Assembly (NCBI GenBank): GCA_051002895.1
Contig: JBPCLW010000042.1
Span: 199,015-263,014 of the forward strand
DNA from: Candidatus Dormibacteria bacterium
GTDB taxonomy: Bacteria; Chloroflexota; Dormibacteria; Aeolococcales; Aeolococcaceae
Direction of reading: 5' to 3'
Length of the DNA: 64,000 nucleotides
Position 1 is the first letter of the stretch. Every line of letters starts with the position of its first letter. This document shows positions 52,634-63,559 of this stretch, piece after piece. The position numbers were made by a program, and so were the translations under genes. Under the pieces are notes generated by a model. That model ran no database searches, had not been told where the DNA came from, and was given only the letters and a program-made list of their open reading frames with translations.

Positions 52634-53928
52634 GCGCCACCGGCACTCCTCGCGTGGCGTTCACCACCCTCGGCTGCAAAGTGAACTACGCGGAAATGGC
52701 CGATCTCGCCGGGGTGCTCGCCGCCGACGGCTGCGAGATTGTCGGTGACAGCGACTCCGCAGATGTCCGCGTCCTCAATTCCTGTGCTGTGACCCTGCAG
52801 GCCGACGCCACGACCAGACAGCGCCTGCAACGTCTGCGCCGTCAGGATCCGGATTGTCACCTCATCCTCACCGGCTGCAGCGTCGACGCCAATCCCCAAC
52901 GCTACCTCGCCTCCGACAGCCGGGGCGAGCGAGTGGCGATCCCCGGGGTTGACGCCGTTTTCAGCAACGTCGAGAAGCCGGCCATTGCCACGCACATCCG
53001 CGGCTTGCTGGGAGATCGGCGCGGGACCGTCGATCTCCCAGCCGCGACGCGCAGCCGGGCGTTCCTCAAGGTGCAGGACGGCTGCGACCACCGCTGCACG
53101 TACTGTGTCGTCTGGCGGGCTCGCGGCCCCTCGGTGAGCCTCCCGCTCGACGAGATCCTCGAGAAGGCGCAACGGGCCGTCGACCGCGGCCAGCAGGAGA
53201 TCGTCCTCACCGGCGTCGACCTGGGCAGCTACGGCCGTGAGCGTGGCAGCAGCCTGGCGGTTCTGGTGCGCGAACTTCTGGTCAGCATTGGCGGCAACGC
53301 TCGAATCCGGCTCAGCAGCATCAATGCCAACGACATCACCGCGGATCTGGCTGCGCTCAATGCGGAAGCGCGGCTCTGCGCTCACTGGCACATTCCCCTG
53401 CAGAGTGGCAGCGATCGCATCCTCAAAGGAATGCACCGCGGCTACCGACGCCGCCAGTACCTGCGCGCGGTCGCAGCGCTACGTGATGCCGACCCGCATA
53501 CGGAGATCACCAGCGACGTCATGGTTGGATTTCCTGGCGAGACCGAGGCCGATCACGAAGACACACTGAGCCTTGTCCGCGAGGTGGGATTCCTCCATAC
53601 CCATACCTTTCGGTGGTCGCCACGACCGGGCACCCCGGCGACGTCGCTCAACGAGCGGGTCGCCGACGCCATCGCCCACCGCCGTAGCCGAGAGGTCCGT
53701 ATCGCCACCGGTCACACTGGACGGGCGGCGCGCGAGCGGGCACTCAAGCGACGCCACCATGATGTGGTGTGGTGCCGGGTGGACGGGGAGGTCGCCGAAG
53801 GGCTCACGGACACCTGGCACACTGTCCTGGCCGCAGCGGGGCCGGAAACAAGAACCGGGCGGCTGCAAAGAGTGGAGGTCACGGGGATCGAGGGAGAGCG
53901 CCTCCGCGCTAGGCTCTCTTCGCCATGA
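52630..53928 (+). CDS. mtaB: Radical SAM tRNA methylthiotransferase, MtaB-like
   Basis: TLGCKVN..E, NSCAVT, KVQDGCDHRCTYC, LQSGS, DVMVGFPGET; after rsmE. Confidence 0.88.
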   Translation: MSATGTPRVAFTTLGCKVNYAEMADLAGVLAADGCEIVGDSDSADVRVLNSCAVTLQADATTRQRLQRLRRQDPDCHLILTGCSVDANPQRYLASDSRGERVAIPGVDAVFSNVEKPAIATHIRGLLGDRRGTVDLPAATRSRAFLKVQDGCDHRCTYCVVWRARGPSVSLPLDEILEKAQRAVDRGQQEIVLTGVDLGSYGRERGSSLAVLVRELLVSIGGNARIRLSSINANDITADLAALNAEARLCAHWHIPLQSGSDRILKGMHRGYRRRQYLRAVAALRDADPHTEITSDVMVGFPGETEADHEDTLSLVREVGFLHTHTFRWSPRPGTPATSLNERVADAIAHRRSREVRIATGHTGRAARERALKRRHHDVVWCRVDGEVAEGLTDTWHTVLAAAGPETRTGRLQRVEVTGIEGERLRARLSSP

Positions 53929-54275
53929 TTGAGAACCGCTGCATCTTCTGCAGCATCGCCGCCGGTGACATCAAGGCTGACCGCGTCCACGAGGATGACG
54001 CCGTGATCGCCTTTCGCGACACCAATCCCCAGGCCCCGGTCCACATCCTCGTTATCCCCCGTGAACACATCGCATCGGCTGCCGATCTAACGCCCACTCA
54101 GGACGCTCTCTGGGGCCGACTCCTCCATGTCGCCCAAGCGCTGGCACAGGGCGAGGCCATCCACGACGACGGCTACCGAATTGTGGCCAATGTGGGCAGG
54201 AACGGCGGCCAGACCGTCCCCCACCTCCACCTCCACCTGCTCGGTGGACGGCAGATGAAGTGGCCTCCAGGTTGA
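53925..54275 (+). CDS. HIT family nucleotide-binding protein
   Basis: CIFC, PQAPVH.LVIP, GQTVPHLHLHLLGG, WPPG. Confidence 0.96.
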   Translation: MIENRCIFCSIAAGDIKADRVHEDDAVIAFRDTNPQAPVHILVIPREHIASAADLTPTQDALWGRLLHVAQALAQGEAIHDDGYRIVANVGRNGGQTVPHLHLHLLGGRQMKWPPG

Positions 54276-54329
54276 GCGGCGAGAGCATAAACATGGCCCA
54301 AGGAGCCATGGCGCCTGCGCCGCCAACCC

Positions 54330-55445
54330 TCACTCTGGGTCGAAGAATCCCCTGAGATTCTCGAAGAACCCCTTCCTCACCTTGGCGGGCTGACCGCTGC
54401 GACCCTCGAGCTGCTCGTACAGTTGGCGCTCGGCGGCGGAGAGGTGGTGGGGAATCACCACCCGGATGACGTTGAGTTGATCCCCCCGCCGGCCGCTCCT
54501 CACATGGGGAACGCCCCTGCCGGCGAGCTTGATGACCTTGCCGTGCTGAGTCCCTGGGGGCACATCGAGCTGCAGGTCGCCGTCCAGCGTGGGGATGGTG
54601 ATGCTGTCACCGAGGGTCGCCTGGGGCACGGTGACGGGCAGTTCGTAGACGATGTCCGTCCCCCGCCGCACCAGGTGCTGATGCGGAGAAACTCGAAAAC
54701 CGATAAAGAGGTCGCCGTTGCTGCCGCCCCGCAGCCCCGCCTCGCCCTCACCGCGCAGGCACACCTGCACGTCCTGATCCACGCCGGCGGGGATGGTGAC
54801 ATCAAGGGTCTTGCGCTCCTCGACGCGGCCCTGACCGTGGCAGGTCGGACAGGGTGTGCTGACGATGTGCCCCTCACCCCGGCAGCGCGGGCACGCGGCA
54901 GCCTGCACCATCTGCCCGAAGATCGATTGGACGACCCTCCGCGTCTGCCCGCTGCCTCCGCAATCGGGGCACTTCGTCGGTGACGTGCCCGGAGCCGCGC
55001 CGCTCCCCGAGCAGGCCGTGCAGGTGCCTGAGCGGGGGACCTCGATCGTACGCGTGGCACCGAACGCGGCCTCCTCGAAGGTGACGTCGACGATCAAGCG
55101 CAGATCAACCCCGGGCTGCGGGCCCACCTGGCGCCCGCCTCGACGATTGCCACCGAAGAACATGTCGAAGAGGTCAAATGCGGAATCGAAGCCGAAGCCG
55201 GACATGTCCGGCGCCCCCGATGTAGCGTGCCCGTACATGTCATAGCGCTGCCGCTTCTCGGGGTCGCTGAGCACCGAGTACGCCTCGCCGATCTCCTTGA
55301 ACCGCTCCTCGGCGACCTTGTCGCCCTGGTTGCGATCTGGATGAAACTCCAGCGCAAGCTTGCGGTACTGCTTCTTGAGCTCTTCGGGCGTGGTGTTCCG
55401 GCCGACACCGAGAACGTCATAGTAGTCGCGCTTGGTGGTGGCCAT
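54330..55445 (-). CDS. dnaJ: Chaperone DnaJ
   Basis: DYY.VLGV, HPD, four CxxCxGxG repeats. Confidence 0.98.
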   Translation of the reverse strand: MATTKRDYYDVLGVGRNTTPEELKKQYRKLALEFHPDRNQGDKVAEERFKEIGEAYSVLSDPEKRQRYDMYGHATSGAPDMSGFGFDSAFDLFDMFFGGNRRGGRQVGPQPGVDLRLIVDVTFEEAAFGATRTIEVPRSGTCTACSGSGAAPGTSPTKCPDCGGSGQTRRVVQSIFGQMVQAAACPRCRGEGHIVSTPCPTCHGQGRVEERKTLDVTIPAGVDQDVQVCLRGEGEAGLRGGSNGDLFIGFRVSPHQHLVRRGTDIVYELPVTVPQATLGDSITIPTLDGDLQLDVPPGTQHGKVIKLAGRGVPHVRSGRRGDQLNVIRVVIPHHLSAAERQLYEQLEGRSGQPAKVRKGFFENLRGFFDPE

Positions 55446-55975
55446 CAGTCTCGGGCGCGAACCTGCGCATGACGAGGATGGGCGACCTGGACGAGAGCCG
55501 GCCGAAGCAGGCGATCGTGAAGACGGTAGCCGGGTTGGAGCTCGGCGATGACGGTGTCCTCACTGACCTCATCGGACTCCTCGCCGCCGATCGCCTGGTG
55601 CTGAGCGGGATCAAAGACCGCCCCGACGGTCGCTACTGGGCTGACACCCAGACTCCCAAGCGCCGCCTCGAACTGCTCAACGACCATGCGCAGGCCGCTG
55701 AGCAGGGTCTCGTCGCCGTCAGGGGCATGCTCGACGGCACGCCTCAAGTTGTCGAGCACCGGTAGGAGCGCATGCACGGCCGCCTCACTCTCATAGCGAC
55801 TTCGATCAGAGAGCTCTTGGGACTTGCGACGTTTGAAGTTTTCGAAGTCGGCGGCCAGGCGGAGGTATTGGAGTTGCCGCTCCTCGAGCTGCTCGTCGAG
55901 ACTGGCCCCGGGGATCGATGGGTCAGTTTCCGCCGCGTCCACCTCCCCGAGCAACTCCGCGTTCTCGTCGTTCAT
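55445..55975 (-). CDS. grpE: Nucleotide exchange factor GrpE
   Basis: [38 protein letters not shown]. Confidence 0.96.
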   Translation of the reverse strand: MNDENAELLGEVDAAETDPSIPGASLDEQLEERQLQYLRLAADFENFKRRKSQELSDRSRYESEAAVHALLPVLDNLRRAVEHAPDGDETLLSGLRMVVEQFEAALGSLGVSPVATVGAVFDPAQHQAIGGEESDEVSEDTVIAELQPGYRLHDRLLRPALVQVAHPRHAQVRARD

Positions 55976-56006
55976 CTGAGGGTCTCGTGGTCAGTGGTCA
56001 CCGTCA

Positions 56007-57044
56007 CTAGGCCATCACCCGACTCAGAGCCTGGCCCACCTGCAGGGCGACGAAGCGTACTCGGGGGGCGACCTGTGAATAACGCATGCGGGTGGGGCCG
56101 AGCACCCCTATCGTGCCGCTTCGGCCGGTGCTGCCGGCCCGATAGCTGGTGAGCACCATGCTGCACTGGCTGAGTTGCTCCACGCCGGTCTCACGGCCAA
56201 TCATGATGTGAACTCCCCGGTCCTGTTCCAGCGCCGCGAGCACCTCCCCGAGAATGCGCTCCTCCTCCAGCACTTCGAGCACTTCCCTGAGCCTCTCGAT
56301 GTCGCCGAACTCAGGTTGGTGCAAGAGATTGCGAACGCCATCGTGGACGATGAGCATGTCCTGCCGCTTCTCCACCGAGCGCATGAACAGAACGATGGCA
56401 GCGACGATTTCCGTTCGCAGCGGGTGGGTATCGTCGGTACTCCTCAGCTCACCAATGGCGGAGCCATCAAGGCCGCCAAGCTCGCCGTTCAGCTGTCCAG
56501 CAAGGAGCGAGAGTTCGCGCTGGTCGGAGTCACGACCCAGCTGCAGTGTCTGCTGACGGATGACGTTGCCGTCGAGGACGAGGATGAGGAGAGCGTGATC
56601 GGCGTCGAGCGAGACGAGATCGAGATGCTTGAGGGCGGCGGCATGGGACCGGGGGCCTGTCACCAGGCTCAAAGCGTCAGCCGCCAGTGCCAGAGCGGAG
56701 GCAGCACGCTCGAGAACGCCCTCGATGTCGAGCGGAAGGTTGCGCAGAAGGGGCTCCATCAGCCGACGAACCGCAAGTGGGAGCTGTTCCTCCTCCATGA
56801 GGAAATCGACGTAATAGCGGTATCCGAGGTCGGAGGGGACGCGTCCCGCGGACGTGTGGGGCTGGAGCAGGTAGCCGACATCGACCAGCGATGCCAACTC
56901 GTTGCGGATCGTCGCCGACGACCACGAGGTGAGGTGGGCGGCGAGGGCGTGCGATCCCACCGGTACCCCGGTCTCCGTGTAGTCGGAGACGACGGCCTTC
57001 AGGATCTGCTGCTTGCGCTCATCGAGCGGAAGGGAGCGTTCCAT
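56007..57044 (-). CDS. hrcA: Heat-inducible transcription repressor HrcA
   Basis: PVGS, SSATIRNE, QPHTSAGRVPS..GYRYYVD, GVLGPTRM.Y. Confidence 0.97.
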   Translation of the reverse strand: MERSLPLDERKQQILKAVVSDYTETGVPVGSHALAAHLTSWSSATIRNELASLVDVGYLLQPHTSAGRVPSDLGYRYYVDFLMEEEQLPLAVRRLMEPLLRNLPLDIEGVLERAASALALAADALSLVTGPRSHAAALKHLDLVSLDADHALLILVLDGNVIRQQTLQLGRDSDQRELSLLAGQLNGELGGLDGSAIGELRSTDDTHPLRTEIVAAIVLFMRSVEKRQDMLIVHDGVRNLLHQPEFGDIERLREVLEVLEEERILGEVLAALEQDRGVHIMIGRETGVEQLSQCSMVLTSYRAGSTGRSGTIGVLGPTRMRYSQVAPRVRFVALQVGQALSRVMA

Positions 57045-57137
57045 GACCTCTGCCGCGGCAGGGCGATGACTGGCCTTGTCGGGCCGCCCTGACGTGATGG
57101 AATATGTTCTCGGTCGCGGGTCTGAGGTTAAGCCTCA

Positions 57138-57164
57138 CTGGCACTCAGGGTCGCTGAGTGCTAA
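57138..57164 (-). promoter_or_regulatory. CIRCE element (HrcA operator)
   Basis: TTAGCACTC-N9-GAGTGCCAG on minus strand, directly after extended -10 TGgTACGCT (hexamer 57170-57165). Confidence 0.93.
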
Positions 57165-57361
57165 AGCGTACCACGCCCTGGTACGTCGGACCTGCCCACC
57201 TCGACAGGCATGTGATCGCCCACAGACGGGTTGAGAAGCTGGAGCACCTCCTCGGCCTTCCAACGCTCCATCGCCATTGCCGTCTCCCACGAGACCCCGG
57301 CGCGTACGAGTTCATCGATGACGCTCGCGGGTGCTGACTGGTGGGCGGGAAATCGGGTCAT
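57161..57361 (-). CDS. Small hypothetical protein
   Basis: 66 aa ORF with amphipathic core VIDELVRAGVSWETAMAMERWKAEEVLQLL between hemW and hrcA. Confidence 0.5.
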   Translation of the reverse strand: MTRFPAHQSAPASVIDELVRAGVSWETAMAMERWKAEEVLQLLNPSVGDHMPVEVGRSDVPGRGTL

Positions 57362-57557
57362 GCCGACCGCAATCGTGCGGTATCGAGGCCCCTTCCCGGA
57401 ATGGCGCGAACACTCTGTGACCCCACTGTCGTGCCCCTGCCCCGGCGTCGAGTCCCCCGTTACACAGCCGCCACAACCCCACTCTGCAGGCCCAACGAAG
57501 ACGGACGGCCGCACCGCCCAAGTGCGGCATGGCAGCAGGTAGGTGACCGCAGGGAGG

Positions 57558-58712
57558 TCAGGCGACGAGGCGGCGAATGACCTCGTCGAGAACCTCCTGG
57601 CCGCGGTCTGTGACGGCGACTCGCGTGCCGGCCCGGTGAAGCAGGCCGACGTCCACAAGCTCTGCGACCACCCCCTGGCGCTCGACAGGGAGCTCGACCC
57701 CCTCGGTCAGGCGCAACCCCAGGAGAATGTGTTCCTCAGCAGCCGCCTCGTCATTGACGTCCTCGCTGCCACTGACGACTCCGGGAAACGCGCCGGCACT
57801 CGCCAGGTAGCGCGGGAGCGAGCGGCCGTGCCAGTAGCGCACGGACTCCGCTGGGCCGCCGTCTCCGAGGCCCAGGGCGCGAGCCGTTTCCGGGCCGACA
57901 TGGCCGTGGGCTCCGAGGCCGGCGGCGAGGTAGGTGCCACGGTTCCAGTATCTGAGGTTGTGACGCGCTTCCTGGCCAGGGCGGGCAAAGTTGCTCACCT
58001 CGTACTGGGCGAGCCCCGCACTCCCCAGTACCTCCACGGCAATACGATGTTGGGCAAGAGCGGAGTCGGTGGCCACCGTGGCCACGCGACCGTGGCGCAC
58101 CGCCGCGTGCAAGGGCGTGCCTGGTTCAACGGTGAGTTCGTAGGCGGAAACGTGATCGCCCCCCGCGGCGACCACTGCCTCCAGTGTCTGCCTCCAACGT
58201 TCGTCATCGAGCCCCGGCACTGCGTAGATCAAGTCAGTACTGACACGAACGAACCCGGCAGACCGGACCTCGGAGATGGCCTCGAGAGCGCGTCGACCGT
58301 CATGGACACGGCCGAGGAATCCAAGGACATCCGCGTGCAGGGATTGCACACCAAGAGAGACCCGGTTGCACCCCGCATCTCGCCAGTGCTGCGCCCGGAC
58401 CACGCTCGTGCTCGAGGGATTCGCCTCCAGAGTGACTTCTGCGTCTGATGCGATGTCGAAGGCGTCACTGACCGCGTCCAGGATGCCGGCGATGCCACCG
58501 GGGTCGATGAAGCTTGGCGTGCCCCCGCCGATGAAGATAGTGTCGAGGCGCTGCGGCCCTATCCGTGAGCCGATGCCGCGAATCTCTGCGCAGAGGACGG
58601 CCACATACTCGCGCTCGGCGTCGCGTCCAGGAAGCGAAACGAAGTCACAGTACTCGCACTTCCGTTCACAGAAGGGCACGTGCAGGTAGAGCGACGAGCA
58701 GGACTCGATCAT
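57558..58712 (-). CDS. hemW: Radical SAM heme chaperone HemW
   Basis: LYLHVPFCERKCEYCDF, GGGTPS, EANP, RVSLGVQS, YEVSNFA, HN..YW. Confidence 0.93.
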   Translation of the reverse strand: MIESCSSLYLHVPFCERKCEYCDFVSLPGRDAEREYVAVLCAEIRGIGSRIGPQRLDTIFIGGGTPSFIDPGGIAGILDAVSDAFDIASDAEVTLEANPSSTSVVRAQHWRDAGCNRVSLGVQSLHADVLGFLGRVHDGRRALEAISEVRSAGFVRVSTDLIYAVPGLDDERWRQTLEAVVAAGGDHVSAYELTVEPGTPLHAAVRHGRVATVATDSALAQHRIAVEVLGSAGLAQYEVSNFARPGQEARHNLRYWNRGTYLAAGLGAHGHVGPETARALGLGDGGPAESVRYWHGRSLPRYLASAGAFPGVVSGSEDVNDEAAAEEHILLGLRLTEGVELPVERQGVVAELVDVGLLHRAGTRVAVTDRGQEVLDEVIRRLVA

Positions 58713-59434
58713 GTGTGCCGCTCTTGTGCCCCGCGCCCGCGCCGGCCGCGACCATCGCCGGGAACCCCCTTCGCCGGCCCCTGAGCACCGCGGGTTCCCC
58801 GGAGGACTCGCCCCACCGGGGGGTAGACGACCGCCGCGGCCGCGAAACCCAGAACGTCGGCCACGACTAGGGCGGGGAACAGCCCCACCGGCCCCTTCCC
58901 GCCCGAAGTGCCATTGCCGGCGCCCACGATCTGCACTGCGCCCGCGGTGGCCAGGGCACAGGCAAACGCCAGCACCGCGGCATAGGCGATCCACTCGAAG
59001 AAGCGGAGCCGCCGCCGCTTGGCAATGCGGCTGGCGATGGGCGCCGCGACGAACACGGCTGCCGCGAGATAGATGATCGCTGAGGGGAGCGCAGGGATCA
59101 CCGCTGCGGTCTCGAGGACGATCGAGGGGGTCCAGGAAGCCTGGGTAACAGTGATCACTACAGACAGCAGGAGCAGAACCGCAGCGGTCGTCGCCGAGAG
59201 CACGAGGAAGTCACGACGACGCCATTCCGGTCCGGCGGGAGTGAGCGGCTTGCGGGCCATGCCCCGCAACCGACTGACAATTCCCCCGCTCTCGGCTGTG
59301 GGCGCCGATGTTGATGGTTGAGGCGCGGTTGCGACCTCGTCCCCGTCCTCGGTGTCGAGCTCGCGCGGAGCACTCGTCGCCCGTCGAACCGACGCCGACG
59401 TGCGCTTGCGCTTCTTCTTCGGTGCCGGCGCCAT
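58709..59434 (-). CDS. Hypothetical membrane protein with basic N-terminus
   Basis: KKKRKR N-terminus and about four TM segments; 4-nt overlap with hemW start. Confidence 0.7.
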   Translation of the reverse strand: MAPAPKKKRKRTSASVRRATSAPRELDTEDGDEVATAPQPSTSAPTAESGGIVSRLRGMARKPLTPAGPEWRRRDFLVLSATTAAVLLLLSVVITVTQASWTPSIVLETAAVIPALPSAIIYLAAAVFVAAPIASRIAKRRRLRFFEWIAYAAVLAFACALATAGAVQIVGAGNGTSGGKGPVGLFPALVVADVLGFAAAAVVYPPVGRVLRGTRGAQGPAKGVPGDGRGRRGRGAQERHT

Positions 59435-59449
59435 CAGCCTGTCTCCTCG

Positions 59450-61252
<1,803 letters not shown>

Positions 61253-61426
61253 CGCCGCATCCTAGGGAAGGGGGCAGCAAGGCCGTCGGATGCGAGATCT
61301 CAGCTGGGAAGAACTGATGATAGAGTGGGTCAAAGGCCCCGAACCTGGCGCGCAGTTCGTGATCGACCCAGTGCGCTGTCCAACGGCCACAGAACCGGCG
61401 GCCATGAACGGTTCCCAGGAAGGTGT

Positions 61427-62101
61427 ATGAAAGCGGCCCGTCAGCGAATCCTGCACATCGAGAACCACATTCATCACCAGCTCGTGATGCACGGCATCAC
61501 CGCCTTGCGCATCGTCGTCGGCGCGATCTTCCTGGGCTTCGGACTCCTTAAGTACTTCCCCGGTGTCAGTCCAGCCCAAAATCTCACCGAGACCACGATG
61601 AATATCCTGCTCTTCGGGTTGGTTCCCGGACGGGTGGCAGTCGTCATGGCGGCAACCTTGGAGTGCTTCATCGGCATTAGCCTGCTCTCGGGTCGAGGAA
61701 TGCGTGTGGCCCTCTGGCTGCTGGGTGTCGAGTTCATCGGCATCCTTTCACCTTTGATCCTGCTGACGGGTCGCCTCTTCGCGGGTCCATACCACGCCCC
61801 AACCCTGGAAGGTCAGTACGTTCTCAAGGACGTCATCCTGGTCGCAGCCGGCTTGGTGATCGCCGCGGGCACGTTCCGTGGCGGACGAATGGTCCGCGAC
61901 GACCTCGCGCCTGCCTCGCCCCCCTCGGACGATGTCCGCCCCAACCCCGAGAAGAAACTGGGCATGGTCCTCGACAGCATCAGCGACGACAACTTGATCA
62001 GCGAGCTGTGCGAGCGCAACCACATCTCCGAATCGGAGTTTCATGAATGGCGCAAGACGGCCCTTGCTGGCGCCACCAAGGCCCTCGGCGCAGAGGACTA
62101 G
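61427..62101 (+). CDS. DoxX/DUF417-like membrane protein fused to a C-terminal HTH
   Basis: LRI..G.IFL.FG.LK.FPG.SPA, E..IG, GQYVLKD; then PEKKL..VL...ISELC....ISESEFHEWRK; AGGAAGG SD. Confidence 0.8.
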   Translation: MKAARQRILHIENHIHHQLVMHGITALRIVVGAIFLGFGLLKYFPGVSPAQNLTETTMNILLFGLVPGRVAVVMAATLECFIGISLLSGRGMRVALWLLGVEFIGILSPLILLTGRLFAGPYHAPTLEGQYVLKDVILVAAGLVIAAGTFRGGRMVRDDLAPASPPSDDVRPNPEKKLGMVLDSISDDNLISELCERNHISESEFHEWRKTALAGATKALGAED

Positions 62102-63444
62102 TGCGCTAGGCCGCCCGTGACTTCTGGAACTCCCCCAACCTTCGGCCCCTCGATTACTCGGGACGGCGCCGCAATTCGACGCTGAAGGGGTCCCGTCATG
62201 CAGCGGGGACCTCCGCGAAACCTCACGAGCTCCTGGCCAGGGACAGTGATCACCGTGGGCATCTGCTTGGCGTTCACGTCCAATCGGCGGGTGGCAGCCC
62301 CGAGATCCCGGACCCCCTCGAGGTCGTCTCGGGCGCTGATGACGCGGTACCCGACGCTCGCGAGCTCACCGATGGTGGCCGTATTGTGTGCATACGCGAC
62401 GAGAACATTGGGCGCCACGAGGAGCCCATTGGCTCCCTCTCTCCACTGCTCACGGCTCTGCACCACGGGATCCGTACCGCCGCAGACAACTGGGGTCAAG
62501 CGCAACTCGGTCAACAGCCGTGGGAAGTCCCACTGGGCCGGCGCCTCCTTGAACGGCGCATCGCGAACGAAGAAGGTTGCATCGCTGATCAGCCGCTCGT
62601 TCACCAGGCACCTTCGGTCACCTGCGAATGTAAAAACGGTGTCGAGGTGCATGGAAGCACGGTCAGCTGGAATGACCACTTCGATGACCCGTTCAATCGG
62701 ACTTCCCTTGGCCAGCAACTCCCGAAGGAGATAGTCCAGCCCCATCTGCGACGTCCGTTCGCCGGTCCCCACCATCAGCGTCTTGGCGTCGACGACGAGG
62801 ACATCGCCCCCCTCGATGGCCGCATCCTTTCTCCCATCCGAGAAATGACGGTCTTGCCAAGGCCGCATGTGGTTGCGTATGTCCAAGATCTGCGTGTTGG
62901 CGAAGCGTGGGTGGCGCGCCACGTACTGCGCCAGCAATCCCTCCCGATGTCGCGGCTGCATTGCCGGATGGCCCAGAACGATCCCCCCCGGTACTTCCGC
63001 CATGAGGTCGCGGGTGAACACCAGATTGGGCAGGGGATGAAACAGATACTCGGGGCTGGCGTTCGGCGTTGCCGGAGGCAGAACACCGGACACCAATACC
63101 GGCGGTAGCTCGGCCGGGTTCACCGCAAGTAGCCGCTTCCCGACATCGACTCCAAGCCCTTCGAGGGCGGTAACAGCAGCCACGAGTTCGCGCCGAGCTG
63201 CGTCATCCCGGCAAACGTCCCCGAGGAGGTCAAGGATCTCCACAACGCCTCCGGGTTCCGCGAACGCGCGGAGGACATCGGTGAAGCGGTCATGCTCCTC
63301 TCGGGCCAGCCCCAGGTCGATGACGTCTTCGACCAGAATGCGCTGTGCCGCGTCCGCCCCACCCTGAACCGCGTCCAATTCAGGGCCAGGGCGGTGCACA
63401 AGGACCTTCTCGAGCAGGCCCGTCTCATTTTCCACCGGAGGCAT
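62098..63444 (-). CDS. arcA: Arginine deiminase family protein
   Basis: ETG.L.KVLVHRPG.E, EHD.F, PNLVFTRD, IEGGD, MHLDTVF, REQW, GGPRCMT. Confidence 0.85.
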   Translation of the reverse strand: MPPVENETGLLEKVLVHRPGPELDAVQGGADAAQRILVEDVIDLGLAREEHDRFTDVLRAFAEPGGVVEILDLLGDVCRDDAARRELVAAVTALEGLGVDVGKRLLAVNPAELPPVLVSGVLPPATPNASPEYLFHPLPNLVFTRDLMAEVPGGIVLGHPAMQPRHREGLLAQYVARHPRFANTQILDIRNHMRPWQDRHFSDGRKDAAIEGGDVLVVDAKTLMVGTGERTSQMGLDYLLRELLAKGSPIERVIEVVIPADRASMHLDTVFTFAGDRRCLVNERLISDATFFVRDAPFKEAPAQWDFPRLLTELRLTPVVCGGTDPVVQSREQWREGANGLLVAPNVLVAYAHNTATIGELASVGYRVISARDDLEGVRDLGAATRRLDVNAKQMPTVITVPGQELVRFRGGPRCMTGPLQRRIAAPSRVIEGPKVGGVPEVTGGLAH

Positions 63445-63559
63445 CCCCCTGGAGGGTACGTCGGGTTGGGCGGACAGCGGACGGACAAAGCCCCCTGTTA
63501 TAGCCAGACCTGACAACAACACGGGCTCCCACGGCGGGGCCGGGAGGGTGCGTGGGAAG

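Noticed and set aside
61290-61430. 46-codon ORF overlapping the DoxX-HTH start by ATGA
   Set aside because: Weak SD and the likely promoter lies inside it; probably incidental
61930-62101. IS element remnant
   Set aside because: No catalytic OrfB, terminal repeats or target duplication seen; kept only as a domain-fusion finding
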